The notes: generated by a model from the sequence alone, not told the origin. A stretch of DNA of 64,000 nt from Octopus sinensis (GCF_006345805.1 NC_043002.1:36642001-36706000), one strand, 5' to 3'; counted from the first letter of the stretch, positions 24,827 through 39,940 are shown. Translations and numbers: made by a program.

Positions 24827-24936
24827 CGTTCTCTCATGTATCTCATGAAGCCCAGTGCTACCATTTTCATAGTGGCTTCCAAAATAAAAACACTGGTAAA
24901 AAAATAGTTAAAAATTTTCAAAGCAAACTCTAAGCC
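24827..24936 (-). CDS. Cav3: Cav3 exon: IVS2
   Basis: Acceptor ttctctttccag, donor gtaaag, 110 nt. Translates GLEFALKIFNYFFTSVFILEATMKMVALGFMRYMRE(R). The split Arg codon CG|T joins the next exon in frame. Not in the ORF track. Confidence 0.95.
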
Positions 24937-25171
24937 CTGGAAAGAGAACGAGGAAGAAAGAAGATTAAATAAACATTAAAACTTCATTAAAATTTTTAAT
25001 CTGCAAAGAAGTTGTCAACAGCTAGACATTGAATTTTAATGTTGTGTATACAATATGCAAAGCAGTATGGCAGAGATGGGGGGGGGGGCAGAAGTAGGGG
25101 AACAAGAAGCAGAGAGAAAAAAATGCAGATCAAGAAGGTTTTTTTTTTTGTGTTTTGTAGGTTTGTTCATT

Positions 25172-25428
25172 TCTGTGTGTGTGTGTGTGTTTGTTTGTGT
25201 GTATGTGTGTGTGTTTGTTTGTTTGTGTGTGTGTGTGTGTGTTTGTTTGTGTGTGTGTGTGTGTGTATGTGTGTGTGTATGTGTGTGTGTGTGCTTGTGT
25301 GTATGTATGTGTGTGTGTGTGTGTGCTTGTGTGTGTGTGTGTGTGTGTGTGTATTTGTGCTTGTGTGTGTGCGTGCTTGTGTGTGTGTGTGTATTTGTGC
25401 TTGTGTGTGTGTATGTTTGCGTGTGTGC
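25172..25428. repeat. Compound (TG)n microsatellite
   Basis: Direct reading. Confidence 0.95.
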
Positions 25429-27163
25429 TTTTTTTACCCTTGTTTTTCTTTTAGCTGTGAGCACATTGTATAAATGTGTGAGTGCACTTATACATATGTA
25501 CATATATACATACATACATACATACACACATGCATATATACACACATGCATATTTATATTCACAGGCATCATCATCATCATCATCATCATCATCATTTAA
25601 TGTCTACACGTATATATACATATATATGTGTATGTGTGTGTTTTCCTGGTGTTTTATTATATCTATGTATGAGAATGCATATGTGCAAGTGAGTATAAGA
25701 GCGGCTGTGTGACTGAGTTTGTTGATAAGTATTGATATTTTCTATGTTCTTCCACCCCTCTCCACCTCGCTGACTTTTCAGTCCGATGTGTCACCCAGTC
25801 AGTCTTCTAATGATGTTATTTAGTTGCGCACTGTATAATAAACAAAGCATGTTGTCATTTGAATTTCATGTTTGCTTTGTTTACATTCATGCATTACTGT
25901 CAAAACTGAAGACCTTGTTTACAAACATATCCACTCAGGCAGGATTCTGTGGGCGGATAATTGAATGAAATAGTGTTTTTTTTTTAAAGAAAAACCATAA
26001 ACAAACAAAATGAAAATAAAAATTCTTGAAGTACCTATCCCTTTTGTACCTCATTCAAGTCCCCCTCCCCATCAAAAAAAAAACAACAAAACGGGGGGGG
26101 GGAAAAGAAGAAAAACTAAGATTTTTGGTGAAAGTAACTTTGTAAGCATTATAGCCATAGTGTTCTAGATTCTGATACTTTTAGCATGTAATAAATTTTT
26201 CTTTGTTAATTAACACATCATCATTGTTTAATGTCCATTTTCCATGCTAGCATGGGTTGGACGGTTTGGCCAGGATTTGGGAAGCAAGAAGGCTGCACCA
26301 GGCTCCAGTCTGATCTAGCAGTGTTTCTACAGCTGGATACCCTTCCTAATGCCAACCACTTTGTGAGTTTAGTGAGTGCTTTATACGTGCCACCGGTACA
26401 GGTGCCAGGTGAGGCTGGCAACGGCCATGATCGGTTGGTGCTTTTTACGTGCCACCAGCATGGAAGCCAGTCAAGGCGGCGCTGGCATTGGCCACATTCA
26501 GATGGTGTTTTTTACGTGCCATCGGCACAGGGATCACAACTACAGTTTCCAATATTAACCAACAAACAAGTTCAAATAAATCTTATTTGCCTTTGATTAA
26601 TTGAAATTCTGATGGATAAAAAAGAATCCTTATTTCTTGAAAATGTTGTACTACATACTTCATGTACAATGCAGCAATTGATATAATTGACTCTCCTGTT
26701 GAGTTTGATGTATGCGGAAAAAAAAGAAATTACTCTCTTGCTTGTTTTTCTAGCAGAACTGTGTAGTATCGAATGAATGAATGTAAGTTGTCAGAAAACC
26801 CACAAATATGAATAAATTTTCAATTAACCTACATGAAACAGAAAAGACAACCAGATTTTTGTTTTCAAATAGGGGACAATTATGGAAACAGGCACAAGTG
26901 TGACAGTGCAGTAAGAAATGTTCCAGGTTTGGCACCTTGAGAAAGGGCCTACACACATAAATTTGGGATGGCCAAAATATTGTGAGTGGATTTAGTAGAT
27001 GGAAACTGAAAGAAGCTTGTTGAATATATATATAGGGGCAGGAGCGGCTGTGTGGTAAGAAGCTTGCTTCCCAACCACATGGTTCCGGGTTCAGTCCCAC
27101 TGTGTGGCACCTTGGGCAAGTATCTTCTACTATAGCCTTGTGAGACGGAAACTGAAAGAAGCC

Positions 27164-27214
<51 letters not shown>

Positions 27215-27802
27215 ATATATATATATGTATTTGTGTGTGTGTGAGTGTTACTGTCATGCAAGCAGTGTCCTTTGTTACCAAACTTCTGTGGAAACATATC
27301 TGGCTGAGGGGAAATATTACCTTACTAGGAAACAGGAAATGGTTGGCAGGAGGAAGGGTATCTGACTCTTGAAAATTCACTTCAAGAAATTCTGTCAGAC
27401 CCATGCGAGAATGGAAAGGTGGATGTTAAAACAATGAGGATAATGATAATGATGATGATGTTTCAGTATATTTTATAATCTCATCAGGCCAATGTTTTTG
27501 TTTTATTTTACATTTAATATTTAATCTCTAGTGTACCAGTGAAGAGGCATGGCTCAGTGGTTAGAGCATTGGGCTTACAATCATGAGGTAGTGAGTTCAA
27601 TTTCTGGACTTTTATTTTATCAATGTTAGGAGAACAAAAGATAAAGTCGATGTTGGCAGAATTTGAACCAAGAATGCAGAGCTGTGGCTGAATCAGAAAG
27701 CCTCTGAGAATTTTGTGTTTTCTTTGATGGTGTATATTTTAAAAACACTGACATGAGATTGTATATGAAATTAAAATCAGGTGTGAATGCTTTATATATG
27801 CA

Positions 27803-27841
<39 letters not shown>

Positions 27842-28254
27842 GCATGCGTGCGTGTGCGTGCACATGTGTGTGTGAGTGTGTGCATGTGTGTGTGTATGGA
27901 TATTGGTCATTGCACCCAGTGTACTTTGTAGAGTGATTGGCATTAGGAAGGGCATCTAAACATGGAAACCAAGCCAAAACAAACTGGAGTCTGGTGCAGG
28001 ACTACCAGCTCCAATCAAGCCATCTAACCCATGCCAGCATGAAAAACGGATGCTGACGAGAGAGAGAAAGAGAAAGAGAGAGAAATGAGAGCATAGATAC
28101 AGACAGATAGACAGACAAATAGATAGATAGACAGATAGATAGATAGATATATAGATAGATAGAGAGAGTGAGTGAGGGAGGTAGAGGGAGTACAACAAAT
28201 AATGTTATGAGTTAGTATTCAAAAGTAATTCAATGATTTAATCAGATTACTTAC

Positions 28255-28406
28255 TTCTGGCATAAGATAATACTCTGTTGCCATAGTTATGACATTGAGA
28301 CCAATCACACCCGCAATGGCTAAATCAAAGTATTTACTGTTGATTACAGTATGTATCAATAGCCTTGCACGTGAATAGGAAGCCCAGTATGGTGGTTCCC
28401 GCAATT
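28255..28406 (-). CDS. Cav3: T-type Ca2+ channel (Cav3) alpha-1 exon: end of III-IV linker and IVS1
   Basis: Acceptor ttatcttccag, donor gtaagt, 152 nt (phase 1 in, phase 0 out). Translates (x)LREPPYWASYSRARLLIHTVINSKYFDLAIAGVIGLNVITMATEYYLMPE, matching the Cav3 PYxxxYS...SxYxDLxI motif. Confidence 0.95.
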
Positions 28407-28413
28407 CTGGAAG

Positions 28414-28427
28414 ATAATAATATTAAT

Positions 28428-28489
<62 letters not shown>

Positions 28490-28507
28490 TAATAATAATA
28501 ATAATAA
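28414..28507. repeat. (AAT)n tract abutting the Cav3 IVS1 exon acceptor
   Basis: About 30 AAT units ending about 7 nt from the exon boundary. Confidence 0.95.
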
Positions 28508-28690
28508 ACTTTCAAAATACAAAGATCTGGAAACAGAGGTAACTTGAACAAGGAGCCCCAAAACAGAAACAATTCTTATAATAGTAGGAGCATTAGGTAT
28601 GATGAAAAGATATTACAAATGTATATAACATACAGAAAATAGCACTACTAGGTTACTGCGCACATCCTACATAAAACACTTTCAATCGCA
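28506..28690 (+). mobile_element. R4/Dong-like RLE LINE 3' remnant
   Basis: Reads KLSKYKDLETEVT*TRSPKTETILIIVGALGMMK and, after frameshifts, IYNIQKIALLG(T)AHILHKTLS, the KYxDL...IVGALG...QKxALLGTAHILR C-terminus of R4-clade elements. Begins directly at the (TAA)n tract. Confidence 0.75.
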
Positions 28691-28797
28691 ATTTTGGGGC
28701 AGTGGGTGAATGTACTCGAGTACATTCACCCCAGTGCTCGACTAGTACCTCTTTTATCAACTCTGAAACGATGAAAGGCAAAATTGATCTCAGTGGA

Positions 28798-28813
28798 ATA
28801 ATAATAATGATGA

Positions 28814-28860
<47 letters not shown>

Positions 28861-28914
28861 TTGATGATAATAATGATGATGATGATAATGATGATAATGA
28901 TGATGACGATGATA

Positions 28915-28950
<36 letters not shown>

Positions 28951-28977
28951 GTGGTGATGATGATGATGATGATGATG
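28798..28977. repeat. (AAT)n grading into (GAT)n
   Basis: Direct reading. Confidence 0.95.
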
Positions 28978-31900
28978 CATGTCCTGCTGGAGTACCAGGC
29001 AATGGTTTTCATGGTTTCTGATCTTAACTGATCAGAAGTGTTAATAGGTACACGTTTTGTGTTGGTGTAAAAGATGGGCTTCAACAAACTTTCTGCTCAA
29101 TACTGCAGATTCGCTTGTCAGTTGCTTGACCTTAGCCAGTTGAGCTTATCCCTTGGTGGCTGACAATATGTGGCTCTGATCACGAACAGGAGTCGTGAAG
29201 GAGCATCATAGTCATCTGTTGAGAGGAATTCTCTGGTGTTTGAATAATTCATCTCTGGAAACATGGGTGTTTCATTCATCATCCTTAAACAACCCTTATT
29301 CAGGGACCTTTTGGACAGAATGGACTACTCAACCTGAAGAAAATTCTAACTGGACCTCACCTGTAAGTTTATGTGCTGTTTATCTTCATATGAGGTCACC
29401 ATGTCACATGCATATGGTTGTGATGTATGTGCCTGGTGTACCCTTATGAGATGGGAAGTATACTGATGGATAATATTGCGTTTCAAATACCTGTACCCCA
29501 ATGTCACTTTGATGGCATGCACTGCTCTCTCACTCAATTATAATTCTTTCCACTATATGTACAAGGCCAATTGTACCTATATACCCTAACCCAAAATTTT
29601 GGGGAAATGTGCCAGTTGATTACATCAACCTTAGTGCCCATCTGGTCCTTGCTTTTACTAGATGAGCAGTAATTATTGAAGCTGAAGTGTTTTCTAACCC
29701 TGAAGGGGAAGGCAAGATTTGCGATGCAGTATGTGGTTAACTGATGCTGTGAAATTGTCAAGGAGAGAGATCATTACTGGTGGTGAGGTCTAGGATTTTG
29801 AAGATTTTATTTCTGTATGATTTATGTTTTGTAGGATGAGACACAAAAATTCTTTTCTTGATATGTGTAGAGATTTCTTAGGGCTGACTTGGGGGCTAAA
29901 CGACGATGGCGGCGACGATGACGATGACAACAACGACGACGATCGTTGTCTTGCCTTTAGATTTTAGAATTCTCTTGTTATAACTTAATCTATCGATATT
30001 TGCTACCGTATTTGGATGGGCAGAATCATTAGATACTGCACTGAAATTTAAAGAAAAAAAAAAAAAAAAAATTGCTTTGATGTTTGTGTAAAATTTACAT
30101 AATTTCCATTGATTTTTGCAGCCTGGCTGATAACAATGACAATAGCAATGAGGCTTCTAATAGATTAGGTTTGTATTAATTATTTATTTAAATATTTCAT
30201 CTCAATATTTACTTAGAGCGTAAGCATTTGTAAATCCACACCCATAAACTGAAAACCAAGATGCAGTAATAATAGTTCACGTATTATTAATCCTTTCTTT
30301 GATAGACGCAAAGCCTGAAATTTGGGGGACGGAGCCTAAGCGATTACATTAACCTCAGTGTTCAACTGGAATTTATTTTATGAACCCCGAAAGGATGAAA
30401 GGCAAGGTCGACCTCAGCATTACAGATATAATTATGAATAATAATTAACACACATAAACTCACTGCAACCTATTATATATTATAAACTGTGACTTATTAA
30501 ATAAGTTTTTAATAAATAAAAATCTGTTTATTACATATGTCTAATCTTAAAATGATTTTACAATAAAACTTTGTTTTTCTTTGATATTTTTTCATAACTT
30601 TATATATTTAATGACTAAAGAGTATTTTATCGGAAATTTTGACATTAAAAAAACCACATTGAAAATATATACGCACTTTTGACAAGTTGTGCACCTGAGC
30701 GCTGTATACAATAATTTCATTATTATTATTATATAAACTCAAATCTTAGAGAAAAAGAAAAATGGAAAAAAAGGAACAAGGAAAGAAAAAAAAACAAGAA
30801 AGAAAAAAAGGGACGATTTATTTATTAGCATTTGACTGTGTTATAAAGAAATGGATGAAAAGTAAAAGATGTCCAATTTTTCGTGTTTTTAAATTGATAA
30901 AATGACTTCGACACTATAATAAATTGTGAAGTCCAAGGCAAATTTACATGAACTCTTATAAAGGGAAACAACTCTTTCATAATTTTTTGCTTATCTCCCT
31001 TTCAACATCGTCGACTGGGTCCCTATTTTTATAACATGTAAACAAATAAATGAATAAAATTTGGGAATTTTTTTCGTTAGCAGAAACGTCAAGGGTAGAA
31101 TCTTTAGAGCGTCCTATAGAATGCTTTGTGGTATTAGTTATGTCACTCTGCGTTCAAATCCAGCTCAGGTCAATTTTACCATTTCTTTCGAAGTCAAGTA
31201 TTTGGAATAGTATAATTAATTGTTCCATTCCCTAGAGTTTCTGGCTGTGTACTTTTGTACGAATTTATTTATTTATTTATTTATTTCAGATCCGTATTTG
31301 TCTATTTATATATAACCTTTCCTGTTTGTATTTTTAATTAACAGAACTGAATTAAATATCCGTGGATGAAGTAAAATCTGGATTTCACTGCTTTTCTCTT
31401 AGACTTTCTTGCTCACCAACATCATCAGCTCACATCATTCATTCACTTCAAGTCTGCCATCATTTACTTGTTCTCAACCAAAGCAACAATACCATTTTCC
31501 CCTGTACCCTCTCTCTTAATAACTATAAGTGTTGTGATTTATGTCAATATTAGTCCCCATTAAAGGCATTTCAGTAATAACCATCCAGTGTTTTATTCAA
31601 GCATTGCATATCTAGAACTACATCATCCAACATGTACCTTCTTTTTTTGTGGGATGATATAGTTTGAGGAAGATCTGGCTGTTATTTCTAGCAGGCAAAG
31701 CAACCCAATCGAGGCTATCTTGTCTTATGTTGTTGAAGTTCCTGTCGTTTAGTTTCTGGTCAGTCTTCTGAACCAGTTGACCTTTGATCAAAAATATTCC
31801 AACTATGACCATCCCTTCGTTCTCTTTTTTTCCTTCTAAATGCAAGAAATCCAGAATCACATTATCTAACATATTCTTTTCTAAGACAGTGACTTGAAGG

Positions 31901-32003
31901 AAATTCAGCTGCTATTTCTTGCAGGGTGAACAAACTTATAGAAACCCTCTATTTGCTGGTATCTATAAATATTTATGAGAGAGGGTGGAAGTGTGAAAGG
32001 AAG

Positions 32004-32075
<72 letters not shown>

Positions 32076-33256
32076 GGTAAAGCAAATTTATCATTTCTTA
32101 CTTATTTTTCTCATTCAATTATATTAATAATAATAATAATAATAGAAGTAACAATTATGATGCCATAAATGATGACGATGACGATGATGACAAGGAATTT
32201 GCAATGGTAATTTTGATGAAGTAGTGACAGTTATATAACGATGATGTTATATTCTTGTATTCTTTTATCTGCTCCAGTCATTAGACTGTGGCCATGCTGG
32301 AGCACTGCCTTGAAGGATTTTAGTCGCACAAATCGACCCCAGGACTTAATTTTTTAAGCCTAGTACTTATTCTATTGGTCCCTTTTTTGCTGAACTGCGA
32401 AGCTACAGGAACAGGAACACACCAACACCAGTTGTCAAGCAGTGATGGGTTGACAAACACCAACAGAAAGACACACACACACACGCAAAGACACACACAC
32501 ACACACACATACACACACACACACAAGTCTGGGCTCTGCTTCACCACAATTTCTGCTATCAATTATACCCACTCTACTGACAGTTATATAGGAGTACATC
32601 TTCTCCCTGACTTATGGTCTCTTAGGCTTCTTTCAGTTTCCATCTTCCAAATCCATTCACAAGGCTTTGGTCAACCCAAGGCTATAGTAGAAAACACTTG
32701 CCCAAGGTGTTATTTCAAACATTTCAGCCACTGTAAATATATTATATAAACTACATTACACATGCTACACCGTGTTACTTTACACTATATCTCAAGAATT
32801 ATTAAATCTATCATTCATTCGTTTATTGTTTAATGTCCTCTTTCCATGCTGGCATAGGTTGGACAGTTTGACAGGAGCTGACCAGGTGGGAGTCTGTGCT
32901 ATGCTTCTGCATCTGTTTTGGTATAGTTTCTACACCTGGATGCCCTTCCTAATACCAACCACTCTGTAGAGTGGACTGAGTGTTTTTTACATGGCACTTG
33001 CACAGGCAAGATCAGATTTGGCATGGTTTTTATAGCTGAATGCCCTCTGAAATGCCAACCACTTAACAGTGCAGACTGGGTGCTTTCTGAGTGGTACCTG
33101 CATTGGTGGGGGTCACCAAGTGACTTTGCAAGACAAAGAGTCTTTGAGAGGGGAGGGCTCATTGGAGGAGGTGACCTTGTGTCAGCTGATGAAAGATTAG
33201 AGTGTGATAGGGAGGCAGAAACAGATGTCTTGCTGTAGAGGAGGTCCATGATATAT

Positions 33257-33301
<45 letters not shown>

Positions 33302-34183
33302 TATATATTTATAAAAAAGAAGTTTGAAAACGCCACTATATAAGATAAATTTTAATTTTCTTAGAAATTTTACGTTTCAGTTCTTCTTGAAAAAAACGAA
33401 CCTTATCAAAAATATTTTAAAAAGTTAAGTGTAATAAAAAAGTTCATAATTGTTTCTTACTGGTCTCAACAGAATCCACGTGGTGGTTTTTTGTGGGGAG
33501 TGAGCATAATAGCTGTCTTATGTGTTCGAATAAAACTAATAAAACTATATATATATATTTGAAGTATTTCATGCGTGTGCATGTAGAAATATGTTCTTTT
33601 GTTTGTATGTGTAAATATATCTTAATACATATACACGGAGAAATTAAAAGTACATGAAATATATATGTATAATCAGAAGAGGAATTTGGACCATTAATTA
33701 ATATATGTGGATGAATGTAAATACACACATATAAGCAAGGACATATTAAGTGAGTGTATCCCTGCCTGCTTTACTAATGTTTATTCCAATTGTTTGATCA
33801 ACTGAATTGCCTACTTATCGAATAATAGTGTAAGTGGCTGAATATTCCACAGACATTTATATTCTTATTGGTATCCTCAAGTTGAGTGTCAAAGTTGTGC
33901 CTTTTGAATTACAGAACTGGAGGTCTTTATAGTTCCATCTGTTGAATTTCACTCACAAGATCATAGACCAACTTTAAACAATAATTTTAGATTTCCAGCT
34001 GTGATTATTGAGGCCGTTGGTTATGTACCTAACTGCTTCAGAGGCAAATTGGGAAAATAGGCTTCATAAAACCCCAAAGGACAAGGGTGATTATGAAATT
34101 ACAATTACAAATGGGACTGGGAAAATGTGTAGAACATTCTGGAGGCTACGTCTAGAGGAGGTACATATAAGCATGCATGAATG

Positions 34184-34228
<45 letters not shown>

Positions 34229-35061
34229 ATGTAAGCCTGGAAAAGAAAATTCTATATACTATATTCACGATACCAAACTTTATATCACAAAATGCAAAAT
34301 TATTCTGTGATACCATAACATAGTCTACCATGAGATAACATGTTCCAAGTTCCAATTAGACAGTTCCAAGTCTAATTATATTATAAACTGATTTATACAA
34401 AAAGTTACTATACCATTCCAAAATAAAAAAAAATAAAAAAAATAAAAAAGAGTATAACATCCATGACTTCTGGATACAATTTTTCTTACTCAGGGTTGAC
34501 AAAGCATGAAATAAACTACTTGCAGTAGTGATTAGCTGTCAGGACAATGCATCCTTCAAAAATTCTGTGCTTATTGAAACTCACTGATACTATTCCTGAT
34601 GTGTCTACCATTTCTTCTGTATGGCTCTTTTACTATTCATTTTTCTGTCATTTTATGCTTTATTCTGTGTACTGTGCATGTACTTTTGGCTTTCATTGCT
34701 GTCTTACTTGGCTTAATTTATTGCTGCTTTCTATCCCTTCTTTTATCATTATAGTAGATAACACTTGCCCAAGGTGCCATGCATTGGGACATATATATTT
34801 ATATATATATATACGTATGTATATATATATGTCAATGGCACCTGTGCCAGTGACATGTAAAAAGCACCCACTACAGTCTTGGAGTGGTTGGCATTAGGAA
34901 GGGCATCCAGCCATAGAAACCATGCCAAACCAGATTGGAACCTAGTGTAGCTCCCTGGCTTACCAGTTTTCAGTCAAACCGTCCAACACATGCCAGCATG
35001 GAAAACGGACGTTAAATGAGGATGATGATGACATACATACATACATACATACATACATACA

Positions 35062-35092
<31 letters not shown>

Positions 35093-36499
35093 CATCATCA
35101 TCATCGTTTGATGTCTGCCTTCAATGCTGGCATGAGTGGGATGGTTTGACAGGAGCTGGCCAGGCAGAAGCCTGCACCAGACTTCTGTGACTGTTTTGGT
35201 AGGTTTTTTACAGCTGGATGCTCTACCTAACACCAACCACCCAGCAATATATATATATGTATACATGCATATATTTAAAATAGAAATAAAAGGTAGTAGT
35301 TAAATAATTTCTGTATGAAGCTATACAGTAGTAAAATTTAGACAGAAGAGGAACAGAATTAATTGACTTGTAGTATTACTGATTTTTATTTTATCAAACT
35401 TAAATGGATGAAAAGCTTAAGTGAATTTCATAGATTTTGAAAGTATAAATTTGAAATTGGGCTCACTACTTTGAGCCCAATGTATATTTTATGGTCAAAA
35501 GTTATCCTTGATAGGATTAGAACACAGAATGTAAAGAGACATGATTAAATATTGCCTGATACTTTAAGTCTCGGCTCTGCTTCACCACAATTTCTCTAAT
35601 CAATTATCCTGACTAAATGGAATAATATAAACTAGAAGCTTTGGACAGTCTTCTCTTCTATCTTGTATGTTAAAAGAAACAAATTGATATCAAAGCTGTG
35701 TCCTATTAATTCCAAGCTTAAAATAAGCTTATGTTATTTCTTCAGCATTCTAATTAATTTTCAACAATAAAATATTATCCCTTAACTCCATCTTTTGTCT
35801 TCTTTGTAGCCAATAGCAACATTGTCTATCTATCCTCAACTTTCAAGTGCTACACACTGCATACAAGAAATCTTGAGCACTCTTACTTAAACAAAGACCT
35901 CAGTGATGAAATCTAGTAATTGAAAAAGGATTAAAATTAGATATAGGTCAATTATTTCATTGGAGCTTACAAATACATCCAGCTGTTGCTATTGGTAACG
36001 ATAACATGTGCCAACAAAAGAACCCTTGAGTAGTCATCCGACAAACTTGAAAGAAAGCAGCTAAATTTCTCTTGAATCACTGACTGCTTAAAAGTGAAAG
36101 AACACATTGCATGATGTAGTCTTGGGTACATAAAACAATGGGATAGTCATGATTAGAATACATTTGATCAGAGGTCTGTTTGATGAGGTCTGGCATAGGT
36201 CTAATCTACAGCAATAAAATGTAGCTTGTTTTGTGGTGTCTTTCTGGTGGAGTCATGAGAGAGTTATCATGATATATAGCATATCTTGGTCAATTTCCCT
36301 TCCCAGAGCTGACCACAGTCAATTTCTTCCAGAAGCAGTAAGAGGCAGCCATCCATCCATCCATCCATCCATCCAGCCAGCCAGCAAGAAAGAGTGAAAG
36401 AGAAAAAGAAGAATTAACCCCAATGCAGGACTAGCACTATTTACTGAACCCTGCTGAAAAGATGAAAGATGGAGTTAATCTTGACGGTATTTCAATTTA

Positions 36500-36735
36500 G
36501 AAGGCGGCAAGCTGGCAGAAACGTTAGCATGCCGGGCGAAATGCTTTGCGGTATTTTGTCTGCCGTTACGTTCTGAGTTCAAATTCTGCTGAGGTCGACT
36601 TTGGCCTTTCATCCTTTCGGGGTCGATAAATTAAGTACCAGTTACACACTGGGGTCGATATAGTTGACTTAATTCGTCTGTCTGTCCTTGTTTGTCTCCT
36701 CTGTGTTTAGCCCCTTGTGGGTAGTAATGAAATAG
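36500..36735 (+). mobile_element. Full-length SINE family D
   Basis: aaggcggc.agctggcagaa...gagttcaaattc.gc.gaggtcgacttt.gcctttcatcctttcggggtcgataaattaagtaccag. Other copies at 55917-56125, 56143-56340, 58333-58565 (+) and 57140-57525, 48160-48730 (-). Confidence 0.85.
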
Positions 36736-38755
36736 GTATTTCAATTTAGAACACAAAGAACTAGAACAAATTTTGCAGCCAATCTATGTGATGCTCTAAC
36801 AACTTAGAGCAGTTCCTTGCTTTGCAATTTATGATTTCCTTATGCAGGTTTTGGTTCAATACACCTTACCCGAAGACCTCAGAGAATTCAGTGACATATT
36901 TTACTGGGTGTTACATATTTATTGCAGCTGTTAATTTTCAATCTGTTAAAAGTTTGTCACTGCAACAGCTTTGAGAATATAATGATTTCTGGTAGAATAT
37001 GCAAATATGGTAAATATTGATTCCTATATGACACAAAACCATACAATTTTGAGGATGTGTATTTCTAATTAAATCATCATCATCATCATCATTGTTTAAC
37101 GTCTGCTTTCCATGCTAGCATGGGTTGGACAGTTCAATTGGGGTCTGGGAAGCCAGGAGGCTGCACCAGGCCCAGTCTGATCTGGCAGTGTTTCTACAAC
37201 TGGATGCCCTTCCTAATGCCAACCACTCCATGAGTGTAGTGGGTGCTTTTTACGTGCCACCAGCACAGGTGCTAGGGGAGGCTGGCAGTAGCCACGATTG
37301 GTTGGTGCTTTTTACGTGCCACTGGCACGAAGGCCAGTTGCGGTGGCGCTGGCAACGGCCACGTTCGGATGGTTCTCTTATGTGTCACCGGCACTGGTAT
37401 CACAACTACAAGTTCCATTGATTTTGATCGATTTCGATTTCACTTGCCTCAACAGGTCTTCAACTTCAGTATTTGATGGGTACTTATTTTATTGACCTTA
37501 AAAGGACGGAAGGTGAAGCTGACCTTAGTAGCATTTGAACTCAGGATATAAAATGGTATAACTAGATACAACAAAGTATTTTGTCCAGTGTCTACTATAT
37601 GGTTGCAAATATTGATAGATTAAGTTATAACATGAGAATTCTTGAGTCTAAATGCAAGACAGTCATTGTTGTTTTGCCTCAGGTCAGTCCTAACTGTGTG
37701 AGATCAACGATTAAAAGCATTCCAGCAGTGATGATCCTGTCTTTTATGTATATCTAGGACTATGTTGTATGATACATTGTCCTTTTTCCTAAAATGACAG
37801 AATGCAATTTGAGGGAGATTTGGCTTCTATTCCTGGCTGATCAAGTGGCTACAAAGAGGCTTCCTTATTGACTTGTTATGTAAGATAGTCTCTAATCTTG
37901 ATCACCAAGTCTTATTTTCTATTTGTAAGCTCATTTACATTAGTTCTCTCCAGCTGGATCCAGTGAATTCTTTCGATAATTTATGTTTTTCAACATTTTA
38001 AGTATTTTTCTATAATTTATGTAAAATTTATGTAAATTACAGTTGAGAGGTAAAGCATAAATGTTGACTCATTCATAATCAGATCTAGCATATTAAAAAC
38101 AGGTTTTAAAACCGAACATTTCTTCGATATTAATCTATAAATCCATTTTGGAACTGGCTTGTTTTTTTTTAGCTGATAAATTACTTAGGTCAATATTCCA
38201 GTTTGTATATACCCTATTCACATAAGCATACTGTTTGAAAAGCTTACTGTACTGATCCTTAAATAATTTATTTGTAAATAGTCACTTCTTGAATATTAAA
38301 AGAATCTTAAGATTTCATATTTATTTAGGCTGACTTTTGTCAATTACTATTTTATAGAATTATACACTATACTTCCTTTTCAGTGCTTCTTCCAGCAAGA
38401 TTTTGATGTTGCAGTCAATTTGTTGATTTTCTTTCTACAATAATTTGAATCCTTAATGGAGTGCTTTTTAATTGATGCTACCATATTCAAGATATGACAG
38501 AAAAAAATAAAACAAACTGAAAATAATAATAAAAAACGAAATAAAACACCCTTATGTTTTTGTCAATATCATCCAGTATGCTAGGTGCAGGCATGGGTGT
38601 GTGGCTAAGAAGCTTGTTTTGAAATCTTGTTTCAGGTTCAATTCCATTGTGTCAATCCTTGGGCAAGTGTATTCTACATTACTTTTGGGCCAACCAATGC
38701 CTTATGTATTAATTTGGTAGATGAAATCTGTGTGCAGTCCATTGTATATATATAT

Positions 38756-38791
<36 letters not shown>

Positions 38792-39149
38792 AACAAATAA
38801 GGATAAGATCGTTAATTTAAAAATAAAATAACGAATTGAACAGGCCATGATGCATATTTGCATATATATGTGGGTATACATTCGTATATGCAAGTATTCG
38901 TATGTTGTGCTTATATATATATATGTATTTATGTTTCTCTTCTGTGTGTATTCTACTGACGAAGCAAAGCATTACTAAATGCAAAGCCAGAAATCCGGGA
39001 TCTAGAATTATCCAGTAATTTTTTACTAGTTTCATCTTGTCTCTTTGTTTTCTGTTTGCTGTATTTCTGGACTGTCTGGAGACACTGTGATCAAGAATTT
39101 GATGTGAAAAGATTGCAACCAACGATAAAACTCTGCAGCTATTCTGTGA

Positions 39150-39668
39150 TGGTCTGGGGAGCAATCTGAAGCAATGGTCAATCAAAGCTGATGGAGTGTG
39201 ATGGAAACATAAACTCAGATAAATATGTGTCCATATTGCAGAAAGGACTCTTTCCAATCTTCTCCAGTGGTGAAATGATTAAAGAAGACTTTATTTATGG
39301 AAGATGGTGTTCCTTGTCACATGGCTAAAATGACCCAAGATTTGTTGGATGAGAATGGCATTAAAAAGCTTGCATGTCAAAGCCAGTAACCAGATATGAA
39401 CCCTATTGAACACATCTGGAGAATAATGGACAAGAAACTTCATGAAAAGAACAAGAAAGCATTTTCCAAGCCAGATCTTCTGAGATTACTGCATGGAATG
39501 TGGCAAGAAATTCTGCAAGAGAATATTTGTCATCTGATCAGTAGCATGGCTAACAGGGTCCTCACATTGAAAAATGCGATCATATCTGATTATGAATGAG
39601 TCAACATTTATGCTTTACATTTTTAGCATTTAGGGCATGTTCACTAAATGCTAAATAGTCACACTATA
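39150..39668 (+). mobile_element. Tc1 (DD34E) transposase remnant
   Basis: FMEDGVPCH...GIKKLACQSQ*PDMNPIEHIW, with 34 residues between D and E. One in-frame stop. Confidence 0.85.
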
Positions 39669-39784
39669 ACAATTAACAAATAATTTCAATATATAATTTC
39701 AAATTTAAATGAATTTTAATGATTATAAGTGAGTCTATTTACTTGTATCATGTATGTGTATATATATGTGTGTGTATATATATA

Positions 39785-39861
<77 letters not shown>

Positions 39862-39940
39862 GTATATGTATATATATATATGTATATATGTATATATATA
39901 TATGTATATATATATGTATATATATGTATATATATGTATA

